Part shown: piece after piece, positions 1-8,739 of the stretch
Position numbering within the stretch: the first letter of the stretch is position 1
Layout of the letters: each line of letters starts with the position of its first letter
Assembly: GCA_018434685.1 (NCBI GenBank)
Contig: JAHDOV010000004.1
Span: forward strand, 249,857 to 313,856
Reading direction: 5' to 3'
DNA length: 64,000 bases
DNA from: Deltaproteobacteria bacterium
Lineage (GTDB): Bacteria > Desulfobacterota > Desulfomonilia > UBA1062
Notes under the pieces: model-generated
Databases searched by the model: none
Told to the model about the DNA's origin: nothing
The model's input: the letters and a program-made list of their open reading frames with translations, nothing else
Position numbers and translations under genes: made by a program

Positions 1-177
1 GTCATAGGTGTTCTTTCTGATGGCCTCGATCCCCTCTTCAGCCGTTTCAAAGGCATCGAGAGAACACCCTTCACCTGCAAAGAAGAGGCTCAGGGAATCC
101 CGGATCCACTCGTCATCATCGATGAGCAGGATCTTTAGGTCCTTGAGTTTTACAAAGAGATTGCCCGTTGTTTTCAT
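1..177 (-). CDS. Response regulator receiver-domain protein (partial, runs off the window's left edge)
   Basis: Not in ORF track. Manual translation from ATG at 177: MKTTGNLFVKLKDLKILLIDDDEWIRDSLSLFFAGEGCSLDAFETAEEGIEAIRKNTYD, a typical REC N-terminus (KILLIDDD). ATGA overlap with the upstream stop. Confidence 0.88.
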   Translation of the reverse strand, partial: MKTTGNLFVKLKDLKILLIDDDEWIRDSLSLFFAGEGCSLDAFETAEEGIEAIRKNTYD

Positions 178-1811
178 GACAAGATATCGTCCTTAAGCCG
201 TTGTCCTGACGCCTGTTGGGGCTCGGGTTTGTTGATGAGCTGAATATGCCGTTTCAGGTCCGTGCCATAGTTTTCCAGGGAAAAGGCGAGAGATTCCAGC
301 ATAACCTTTGCGTAGAGGGGATTGTATCGGGCCCATTTTCTGTTCTTGTCACAGAACTCGGACCGGCTCAGGGTGAATTCGACCCGGTCGAGGCCTTCGC
401 CGTAACTGCGCTTGTTCTCATGCATTTCTTCGATTTTCTGCCCGTAGCCGGTCTTCCACAGGTCGTCGGCAAGATCGGCAAAAACAGAGGAATACTCATC
501 GAGAGACCGGGTAATCTCCGGGTTTTTGACGAGGGCCTCTGCTCCTTTCTGGGTCGGACGGGCCTTGAACCTCGTGCAGGCGGTTCTCCAGATCTCTGGA
601 TTATCAATAAGCATACAGGGCCGCAGCAGGTTGTCGGTATGGGGCTGGTTCATCCGGATAAAGGTGAAAAACGGCGATTGGAGAGCCTCCACCAGGGTAC
701 ACTGATGGATGTTATGGGTTGCATGATGGGCAAAGATGCACGGCTCAACCTCTCCACGGCTGGTGATGTGTAGCAAACGCCTTCCGCCTGCGATACAGCC
801 ATGAACCGTTGGGGCATCGGTCAAGAAATCCATGAGGAACAAGGGATGCCTTTCGCGGTATTCCCTGATAAAGGAACCAATGTCCAGGCGCTGCTGCGGT
901 GTCGGCATGAGGCTGAGGTCAGGGTCTGACCCCTCGGGCATGAACAGGAAATTCCATCCGAACAACATCCCCTGCTTCTCCCAGAAATCCAGGAACTCAG
1001 GGGAGGTAAGGGTGTCATAATTTTTCGAGGTGAGCACGAAGGACATGCCGTACATGAGCGAGCGTCTTTTCAGGAGCGATACCGAAGCGAGCATCTGCTC
1101 GTATACCCCGTGGCCGAAGAGATCATCGGTGTCCTCCTTCGTGCCGGGAATTCTGAAGACCGGGACCATGTTTTTTTGTTCATGGAGTTGGTCTGCCATA
1201 TCGGGTGTGATGCAGGTCCCGTTGGTAAATATCAGGAACAGGCAGTCTCTATGGTTTGCGGCAATGCGGGAGAGGTCATCGAAGAGGAGAAAGGGTTCCC
1301 CTCCGACGATGGTGTAGAGGTGAACCCCGATTTCCTTGCCCCCCTTGATGATCCTGTCCAGTGCTTTCAGGTCCAGTTCGTTATCAGGTGCAGGCTTGAC
1401 GTCGGCTGTCTTTCCCCTGGGGGAGAGATTGTTTCTCATGGTCGGGCTGATCAGGATCGTGAAGGGAGGGCAGAACCCGTATTTTTTCTTGAGAAAATGC
1501 GCTTTTTCCATCCACTCCAGGACACAGCAGCCGAGGAAGGTTTCCACGAAGCTCTTGAGCTGACCGGGGTCTCTTGACAGGAGCTTCCGGAACGACTGGT
1601 TTGTGCCGGGGTGCGCCTGTATCCACCTCATCATTTTCCCGAACGGTCCCTGGGTACTGAACAGGGGATCCAGAGAGGCCAGCATTTTCATCAGGGTCCC
1701 CAGGTGATCATCAGGATTCTTCCGGAGAGTGTGGACAATAAAGTCTGCACTCTTGGCCAGCCCTGCCTGTCTGGAGTTGTTCTCCGCAGTGTCTTGTCTC
1801 CACATAGTCAT
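174..1811 (-). CDS. Radical SAM/SPASM(twitch)-like protein lacking the CxxxCxxC motif (probable pseudo-enzyme)
   Basis: Has ILISPTMR, GGEP, FTNG and GCIAGG..EPC..RPC motifs. The cluster motif position reads NNLSPRGK. Confidence 0.85.
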   Translation of the reverse strand: MTMWRQDTAENNSRQAGLAKSADFIVHTLRKNPDDHLGTLMKMLASLDPLFSTQGPFGKMMRWIQAHPGTNQSFRKLLSRDPGQLKSFVETFLGCCVLEWMEKAHFLKKKYGFCPPFTILISPTMRNNLSPRGKTADVKPAPDNELDLKALDRIIKGGKEIGVHLYTIVGGEPFLLFDDLSRIAANHRDCLFLIFTNGTCITPDMADQLHEQKNMVPVFRIPGTKEDTDDLFGHGVYEQMLASVSLLKRRSLMYGMSFVLTSKNYDTLTSPEFLDFWEKQGMLFGWNFLFMPEGSDPDLSLMPTPQQRLDIGSFIREYRERHPLFLMDFLTDAPTVHGCIAGGRRLLHITSRGEVEPCIFAHHATHNIHQCTLVEALQSPFFTFIRMNQPHTDNLLRPCMLIDNPEIWRTACTRFKARPTQKGAEALVKNPEITRSLDEYSSVFADLADDLWKTGYGQKIEEMHENKRSYGEGLDRVEFTLSRSEFCDKNRKWARYNPLYAKVMLESLAFSLENYGTDLKRHIQLINKPEPQQASGQRLKDDILS

Positions 1812-1894
1812 TCACCCCTTTCCTGTTGAAACCGGCCTGGATCGATGTTCGTTGCCGGGAAACGGAGGTAGCCCGGCTTTGATTTTCGGCCAGA

Positions 1895-2356
1895 TCATGA
1901 TCCTATCCTCGTTGCTTGTTCTTCCTGGTACCCGACGATGGTGGCATGCACGATTTTGTCAAAAAAGAGATTCACGTAGGAGAAGAGCTCGGTGGTCTGG
2001 TTCAGGGCGTAGCCGTCGTCGAGGGATCTCTTTTCCGTGATGTAGCGGTAGATCTTTTTTTTAATGAGGAAGAGGACCTGGATGACCTCACCGAGGGGGA
2101 TTCCCTCCTTGGATCTTACCCTGCCGAGACCCGTATAGTAGGCAAAGACGACATTCTTTGAGGTGTTGTTGTGGAGCCAGCTGGAAAGCCGTTTATACAC
2201 GTTGTAAAGAACCTGGTGCAGCATTTCGTGCAGGATATCTTCCGGAAGATCACGGTAGTGCAGGGTCTCTTCCATGCTTCGAATTTCCGTGTTCAGCTCG
2301 TGGATCAGGAGTTCCTCGTTTTTTTCGATGAGCTCCATCAGGTTGTGGTAAAACAT
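1895..2356 (-). CDS. Stand-alone all-helical protein resembling RsbRD-N/non-heme globin-fold sensor domains
   Basis: 153 aa with YxxLGRxRxxEGIPLxEV and FFDKxxxxxxxGY patterns. AAGGAGG RBS upstream. Confidence 0.65.
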   Translation of the reverse strand: MFYHNLMELIEKNEELLIHELNTEIRSMEETLHYRDLPEDILHEMLHQVLYNVYKRLSSWLHNNTSKNVVFAYYTGLGRVRSKEGIPLGEVIQVLFLIKKKIYRYITEKRSLDDGYALNQTTELFSYVNLFFDKIVHATIVGYQEEQATRIGS

Positions 2357-2469
2357 CGATGCCCTCCTTGTGCGGTAAGAGAACTGTGCTCTTGAAGCAT
2401 AGATGGCGCCGGTATGTGCACGGCGGTGTACCGTGCCGTTGATTTCCCCCTCCCCTCCTTGTTTGAGAC

Positions 2470-2485
2470 AGCATAATACATGCCA
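2470..2485 (-). promoter_or_regulatory. sigma54 -24/-12 promoter for the leftward operon
   Basis: Minus strand TGGCATG-TATT-ATGCT, with correct GG-N10-GC spacing. Confidence 0.75.
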
Positions 2486-2602
2486 TCAAGGTTCACGGGC
2501 GTTTCTTTCCGGGTATATCCTTTAATTAAGAGGACATATCCTGGAAATCGTGTCTGTTCGTGGTCGATGAGGGCAAGCGGGGTGTCGTAGAGGGGGAAAA
2601 AG

Positions 2603-2638
2603 TAGAAAAAACTCTAACTGCATGTAGAAAAATCTCGA
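2603..2638. promoter_or_regulatory. Tandem enhancer-like palindromes TAGA-N6-TCTA
   Basis: TAGAAAAAACTCTA (2603-2616) and TAGAAAAATCTCGA (2625-2638), 22 bp apart. Confidence 0.65.
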
Positions 2639-2912
2639 ATCCTCTGCCTGGCCCGGGTGAGAAAAACAGGATCTTGAGCCAGGCTTTGAATCTATTTCAT
2701 TGATTATATATTCAATAATTAATTCTGAGCCCAGGGAGCAGATCCTGAGGACCGGAACGAATCGATGGTCTGGTGCATGCTGACCGCAGATCGCCTGCAC
2801 GTATTGTCCAGGGCAGGTACCAGGCTATACAGTATTTGCTGGAGCGGTTCTTGTGCTGTCCACCGGTACGGATGCCGTTATCGGGATACGGTGAGTATCT
2901 CCCCAAGAGAAG

Positions 2913-2979
2913 TAGAAGATTTTCAACTTTTTCTCTGAGGGGATAGAGAAATCTCTAACTGACATTAGAAGAAAATCTA
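2913..2979. promoter_or_regulatory. Second set of TAGA-N6-TCTA enhancer-like palindromes
   Basis: TAGAAGATTTTCAA (2913), TAGAGAAATCTCTA (2944) and TAGAAGAAAATCTA (2966). The last two are 22 bp apart. Confidence 0.65.
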
Positions 2980-3075
2980 AAATCGAGCACGGCCCCCGGG
3001 ATGAGCAGGTGGGCTTCATCAACCGTATGATTCTAAGGCGTTAAATATACCAAAGACAATGCCTGATTCAAATCG

Positions 3076-3091
3076 TGGCATAGTTCCTGCT
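3076..3091 (+). promoter_or_regulatory. sigma54 -24/-12 promoter, rightward
   Basis: TGGCATA-GTTC-CTGCT. Confidence 0.7.
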
Positions 3092-3325
3092 CCATATGGA
3101 AACCAGGATGCATCACCTGAGACCTCTTGTTTTTATCGTGCCGTTGGAAGGCCCAGGGCGGGAGGATATACACGGCAGTACGTTCTGGCATTTCCTTCAG
3201 GATGGTGCCCGGGGGATGAGCATGCCGGCATGCATAAGCCAGTTTTTCCCAGGGGGAGTCGCAGATATATAGTGTGAAAATTCGCTCAAAATGGTATAGG
3301 TTGGGGTAGGTTGCGGGGTGACGAG

Positions 3326-4726
3326 ATGACTCAACCAACATTATTCAAAGGCAAGTTGTCAAGGAAGAACAAGCACGAGGAAAACGAATCCATCTACCGT
3401 CAGTTTTTCGAAGGTTCTCCGGATGCGCTGTATGTGACGGACGCCGAAGGCGTGATTGTGAACGTGAACAAGGCGTTCATAGAGTTGTTCGGCTACACAA
3501 AAGAGGAGATCATCGGCCAAGACATCCGCACCATTTACGTTAGCGATGACGAGAAGACCCGGTTCTGGAAACAGATTAAAAAGGAAGGATCTCTGATTTC
3601 CGCCGAGGCCCGACTGGTCCGGAATGACAGGACCGTACTCATCTGTCAGCATTCCTGCTATGTGACTACGGATTCACGGGGGGATAGTGCGGCTTACACG
3701 GGCATTGTCCGGGATATTACCGCTGTCAGAAACGATCAGGAGGCGCTACGGAAAAAGACGCGGGAACTCTCCGACAAGGTCAAGGAACTCGATTGTCTCT
3801 ATGAGATCTCCACGGTCATAGAGAGGAAAGGGCACACCTTTGACGATATCGTCAAGGGCTTCCTGGAAGTCATTCCACGGGCAGTGAACTATTCCGGGAT
3901 TACCTGTGCCCGCATAACCCTCGACGGGGAGGTTTATACCAGCAGGAACTTTCAGCAGACCCCCTGGCGGATGGCCGTTGATATCATGTCGCGGTGTCAT
4001 CTCGTGGGTACCCTGGAAATCTTCTACCTTGAAGAGCGTCCGGCAAACCACTACGGCCCGTTTTCCGATGATGAGAAGCGGGTTGCCGAGATGATCTCGT
4101 CGAGACTCGGGAGATTGCTCGCCCGCAAACAGGCCGAAGAGATGCTCCGGGAAAGCGAGGAGAGATACCGGAGCCTCTTCGAGGATTCCCATGATGCCAT
4201 CTATACCACATCGCGAGACGGGATACTGCTGGACGCCAACCAGGCAACCCTGGACCTGTTCGGCTACAGCAGGGAAGAGATGATCGGCATGGATATCCAG
4301 CAGCTCTACGTGAACCTCCAGGAGCGGATGAAGTTCCAGACAGAGGTCGAGGAGCAGGGTTCCGTGAGAGACTATGATGTCTGGCTGAAGAAGAAGGATC
4401 GCTCCATCATGAACTGTCTTTACACCTCAAGCGTGAGGAGATCAAGAGAAGGAGAGGTCATCGGGTACCACTGCATCGTCAGGGACATCACCGAGCAGCG
4501 CCAGGCAGAGGAGGTGCGGCAGGGGCTCATAGAAGAGCTCACCGTAGCCCTGGAGAAGATCAAGACCCTGCGGGGCCTGATCCCTATCTGCGCCACCTGT
4601 AAGAAGATCCGCGACGACAGTGGGTACTGGAATCAGCTGGAAGAATATATCGAGGCCCATTCCGATGTGGTGTTCAGCCACGGGCTGTGCCCCCAGTGCC
4701 AGAGAAGATTCGAGGAAGACGACTGA
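3326..4726 (+). CDS. PAS-domain sensor protein with C-terminal Cys/His-rich module (no kinase domain)
   Basis: Two PAS/PAC domains ending in RDIT, a GAF-like middle region, and C-terminal PICATCKKIRD..YW..SHGLCPQC. ATG 3326 preferred over TTG 3311. Confidence 0.88.
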   Translation: MTQPTLFKGKLSRKNKHEENESIYRQFFEGSPDALYVTDAEGVIVNVNKAFIELFGYTKEEIIGQDIRTIYVSDDEKTRFWKQIKKEGSLISAEARLVRNDRTVLICQHSCYVTTDSRGDSAAYTGIVRDITAVRNDQEALRKKTRELSDKVKELDCLYEISTVIERKGHTFDDIVKGFLEVIPRAVNYSGITCARITLDGEVYTSRNFQQTPWRMAVDIMSRCHLVGTLEIFYLEERPANHYGPFSDDEKRVAEMISSRLGRLLARKQAEEMLRESEERYRSLFEDSHDAIYTTSRDGILLDANQATLDLFGYSREEMIGMDIQQLYVNLQERMKFQTEVEEQGSVRDYDVWLKKKDRSIMNCLYTSSVRRSREGEVIGYHCIVRDITEQRQAEEVRQGLIEELTVALEKIKTLRGLIPICATCKKIRDDSGYWNQLEEYIEAHSDVVFSHGLCPQCQRRFEEDD

Positions 4727-4755
4727 GGAGCCTTCTCAGGGAAGTCGACAAGAGA

Positions 4756-6294
4756 TCATGGTGCGGCAGGCTCCCTTTTTATGGGCAGCTCTATGATGAA
4801 TTGGGCACCGCCCAGCCGGCTTGCGGTTACCCTCAGCACGCCGCCGTGATCCGTAACGATCCTGCGGCAGAGACTCAATCCAATCCCGGTGCTGCCGTCT
4901 TTTGTGGTGTAGAACGGATCGAATATCTTGTGTCGTCTGTCCGGGGTAACCCCGGGGCCGGAATCTTCCACGCTCATGATGATGGATTCTCCCCGGGCGA
5001 ATGAGGATATCCTGATCTTCTTCCCCTCGTCCATATCCTTCATGGCCTCGGCTGCATTGGTTATGAGGTTCAGAATCACCTGCTCTATGAGCTGGGGGTC
5101 GGCATAGCACGGCGGGGTGTCCGTGCTGAGGCAGAGCTGAACCTCAACACCGGTCTTGCGCAGGGTGACCGAAGACAGCGCCAGGGCATCTTCGATGGGA
5201 TCGTTGATGGCGATACGGCTGAACCGGGGTTCGCTCGGTTTGGAAAAATCCATGACCCGCTTGATGACCGATTCGATCTTCAGCGAGGCCGAATGCATCT
5301 TTTCGAGAACATCCAGGGCTCTTTCCAGGCCATCTCCCCGCACCAGGATCTTTTCCAGGGCATCGAGGTAGATGTTGATACCTGACAGGGGGTTGCGTAT
5401 CTCGTGGGCTATGCCGGCAGCAACATGCCCGAGCGACGTCATCCGGTCCTGTACATGGAGGAGCCGTTCCAGTTCCCTGGCCATGGTAACATCCATGATA
5501 TTGATGAGGATCGCCGGGCTCCCCTGATATTCAATCGGGCTTGCACGACAGTGCAGCCACTTCATGTCATGGAGGTCGTCCCTGTTGCCATGGGGGAAAA
5601 ACCGCACGACCATGCCGGGGTGCTTTTCTTTTCCCGACAGGAGGTCCCTGTAGAGGGATTTCACCAGCGGGACATCATCGGGATGGATGTGCTCATACAC
5701 TGAGGGTGCATGGGTTATGGGGAGCGGTCCCAGGAGCCTCTGCTGTTCGGGATTCCGGTAAATGATCTGTTCGTCCTGAATGATGGAGATGCCGGTGAGG
5801 GAATACTCCACCAGTTCCCGGAAAAGTTGTTCGCTCTTGGTCAGGGCGTCCTGGGCCTGCCGGTACCCAGTGATATCATGGCCGGCGGAGATGACGGTGG
5901 CAGTGGGCAGCCTGAAGTTCGCCCACAGCTGGATGCGTGTGGAGCCGTCTTTGTTGGTAACACGATATTCGCGGAAGTTTCCGTCCGGATTGGTTTTATT
6001 CCGCAGGGCCCGCCCGTATTCCCGGGGATCGGGATACAGGATGGCCAGAGAATCATCGAAGGCCAGGAGTTCCTCTTTGCTCCACCCGAGCATTTTTTCA
6101 CACTGGGTATTCCACAGCAGGCACCGGCCCCGGGCGTCGAAGGCGTCAATCATGATCGGTGCCTTTTCAAAGATCGTCCTGAATTTCTCCTCGCTTTCCC
6201 TCAGAGACCGGATCGTCTCTTCCTGCAGGGCAATCTTTTCGGTCAGCTCCTCTAATCGGTTCTCCAGGTCTTTCCGTCTTGGTTTCGGCGCCAT
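4756..6294 (-). CDS. PAS-domain sensor histidine kinase (NtrB-like)
   Basis: AHEIRNPL H-box, NLITNA, DSGPG, FDPFYTTK and GTGIGL. GGAGG RBS before ATG 6294. Confidence 0.93.
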   Translation of the reverse strand: MAPKPRRKDLENRLEELTEKIALQEETIRSLRESEEKFRTIFEKAPIMIDAFDARGRCLLWNTQCEKMLGWSKEELLAFDDSLAILYPDPREYGRALRNKTNPDGNFREYRVTNKDGSTRIQLWANFRLPTATVISAGHDITGYRQAQDALTKSEQLFRELVEYSLTGISIIQDEQIIYRNPEQQRLLGPLPITHAPSVYEHIHPDDVPLVKSLYRDLLSGKEKHPGMVVRFFPHGNRDDLHDMKWLHCRASPIEYQGSPAILINIMDVTMARELERLLHVQDRMTSLGHVAAGIAHEIRNPLSGINIYLDALEKILVRGDGLERALDVLEKMHSASLKIESVIKRVMDFSKPSEPRFSRIAINDPIEDALALSSVTLRKTGVEVQLCLSTDTPPCYADPQLIEQVILNLITNAAEAMKDMDEGKKIRISSFARGESIIMSVEDSGPGVTPDRRHKIFDPFYTTKDGSTGIGLSLCRRIVTDHGGVLRVTASRLGGAQFIIELPIKREPAAP

Positions 6295-6685
6295 GGTCTC
6301 AGAACCTCCGCGTCCCAGCTGCTGTATGTCGGACATTCCCATCGTGGTGGTCCGGCGGGTACCCGTTGCGTGTGAACACCGGTTGTTTCATCAGAATATA
6401 GCAGATCTCACTCTAGGAATATTTTCCTTATAGGGCAAGGCTTTTTTATTCTGGCAGTTTTTGGGGCAGAGCGATTCGCTGGCGGAAGCAGGATAACGGT
6501 GCGGCTGAGCGACATTGATCGAGCGAGCAGCCTCGGTCGAAATTTCAGGGCAGGATGTAGTTTTCCCTTTTCATTTCGGCCTGATTTAGGTAAAAGAGCA
6601 CTTTTCCTCCCTGGTGGATTACTGCTGGAATATTTGAAAATGCGGTGCTAAGAAGGGGAAAAATTGCTTTAGAGAAGGTGTCACG

Positions 6686-7570
6686 ATGGAACATGCGATT
6701 AACAGGGCAAAGATCCTTGTTGAGGCGCTACCCTACATTCGGGATTTCAGGGGAAAGAAGATCGTCATCAAATATGGCGGGCACGCCATGGTGGACCCTG
6801 AATTGAAGAGGCTCTTCGCCCAGCAGATCATTCTCTTTCACTATATCGGCATCCATGTGGTCGTGGTGCACGGCGGGGGACCCCAGATATCAACCGTGCT
6901 GAACCAGATGGGTATCAAGTCGAGCTTTATCGACGGCAAACGGATCACCGATGCGCGGACCATGGATGTCGTGGAAATGGTGCTCGCCGGCGGTGTGAAC
7001 AAAGAGATCGTAAGCCTGATCAATTCCGAAGGAGGAAAAGCGGTGGGTCTGTCCGGCAAGGATGGCGGGCTGATCAGTGCACGCAAGCTCTACCTGTCGA
7101 GAAAAGACGCACAGGGGAACAAACTCACCGATGTCGATATGGGGCATGTGGGAGAGGTCACCCACATCAATCCCGATATCATCGAGGCAGTGGAAAAGGC
7201 CGGCTTTATCGCCGTGATCGCACCGTCCGGTGTGGGCGATGACGGCCTGACCTATAACATCAATGCAGATACCGTTGCTGCGGAAATTGCACGGCACCTC
7301 GGGGTCGCCAGGCTCATCATCCTCACGGACGAGAAAGGGGTGCTGGACAAGGATGGGAAATTAATATCGAGCATGCACTGCGGCGAGATCCCGGAGCTCA
7401 TATCCTCGGGGACCGTGACGGGAGGGATGATTCCCAAGCTGGAGTGCTGCATACGGGCCCTTGACGGAGGGGTGATGAAGGCTCATATCCTCGACGGCAG
7501 GATCCCCTATTCGATCCTCCTGGAACTCTTTACGCACTCGGGTATCGGCACGCAGATCATCAAGGAGTAA
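6686..7570 (+). CDS. argB: Acetylglutamate kinase
   Basis: VIKYGG, VHGGGPQI, NINAD, GGMIPK. Confidence 0.97.
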   Translation: MEHAINRAKILVEALPYIRDFRGKKIVIKYGGHAMVDPELKRLFAQQIILFHYIGIHVVVVHGGGPQISTVLNQMGIKSSFIDGKRITDARTMDVVEMVLAGGVNKEIVSLINSEGGKAVGLSGKDGGLISARKLYLSRKDAQGNKLTDVDMGHVGEVTHINPDIIEAVEKAGFIAVIAPSGVGDDGLTYNINADTVAAEIARHLGVARLIILTDEKGVLDKDGKLISSMHCGEIPELISSGTVTGGMIPKLECCIRALDGGVMKAHILDGRIPYSILLELFTHSGIGTQIIKE

Positions 7571-7575
7571 ACGAC

Positions 7576-8739
7576 GTGAGCTATGTAATGGAGACGTATT
7601 CCCGGTTGCCGATCAGGCTTGTTCGAGGCAAAGGCTGCCGGGTCTGGGACGACGAGGGAAACGAGTACCTCGACATGATTTCAGGTATTGCCGTATGTAA
7701 TCTCGGACATGCCCATCCGGCAGTGGTAAGGGCGTTGAGGGATCAGGCGGGCGAGCTGTTCCACTGCTCGAACCTCTACCGCATCCCCCAGCAGGAACTC
7801 CTGGCCCGGATGCTTGCCGAGAATGCCTTTGACTCCCGGGCCTTTTTCTGCAACTCCGGTGCCGAGGCGAACGAAGCGGCCATAAAGCTCGCGAGACGAT
7901 TCTGCAATTCTTCAGGGAAGCGGGGATCTCACATCATCACCTTCGAGGGATCCTTCCATGGCAGAACGCTCGCAACCGTTGCCGCCACCGGCCAGGGAAA
8001 GTTCAGGAAGGGGTTTGATCCTATCCCTTCGGGATTTTCCACGGTCCCCTATGGAGACATCGATGCGCTCGAAGCAGCCATTGACGAGAGGGTTGGCGCG
8101 GTCATGCTGGAAGCTATCCAGGGCGAAGGGGGCATCAGGATTCCACCCGCAGGGTTCCTGCAGCGGGTCAGGCAGCTCTGCGACGAAAAAGGCCTGCTCA
8201 TGATCCTCGATGAGGTGCAGACCGGAATGGGCAGGACCGGCAAGCTGTTCGGGTACATGCATGAAGAAGTCGTTCCGGATATCATGACCATGGCAAAGGC
8301 CCTGGGCAACGGGTTCCCGGTGGGGGCCATGATCGCAAAGCCCCACGTGGCAGAGGCCTTTACCCCGGGATCGCATGCCTCGACCTTTGGCGGCAACCCC
8401 CTGGCCATGGCATCGTCCATTGCAACGCTCAACGTCATGATCGAGGAGCGCATACCGGAAAAGAGCTGTGAGCAGGGACGCTGCTTCGTGGATCGTCTCG
8501 GCAGGCTCAAGGCATCTCACCCGGCCATCACGGCCATCAGGGGCAGGGGGCTCATGATCGGTGTCGAATTCGATGCCGACATCGCCACGCTCAATGCCGA
8601 AGGTCTGAAAAAGGGCATTCTCCTCAACATCATCCAGGGGCGCATCCTCAGGCTTGCACCCCCGCTCGTGATCACCACTGAGGAGATCGACGAGGCCATC
8701 GAAAAGATACATGCCGTTCTTACGGAAAAGGGGTTATGA
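7576..8739 (+). CDS. argD: Acetylornithine aminotransferase
   Basis: NSGAEANE, SFHGRT, DEVQTG, AKALGNG, HASTFGGNP. Confidence 0.95.
   Translation: MSYVMETYSRLPIRLVRGKGCRVWDDEGNEYLDMISGIAVCNLGHAHPAVVRALRDQAGELFHCSNLYRIPQQELLARMLAENAFDSRAFFCNSGAEANEAAIKLARRFCNSSGKRGSHIITFEGSFHGRTLATVAATGQGKFRKGFDPIPSGFSTVPYGDIDALEAAIDERVGAVMLEAIQGEGGIRIPPAGFLQRVRQLCDEKGLLMILDEVQTGMGRTGKLFGYMHEEVVPDIMTMAKALGNGFPVGAMIAKPHVAEAFTPGSHASTFGGNPLAMASSIATLNVMIEERIPEKSCEQGRCFVDRLGRLKASHPAITAIRGRGLMIGVEFDADIATLNAEGLKKGILLNIIQGRILRLAPPLVITTEEIDEAIEKIHAVLTEKGL

Noticed and set aside
1410-1433. Missing CxxxCxxC explained as a frameshift or sequencing error
   Set aside because: Flanking N, L, G and A residues stay in register and each Cys codon differs by 2-3 bases.
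2522-3341. Short ORFs in the divergent promoter region
   Set aside because: No motifs or RBS, and they overlap promoter and enhancer elements.
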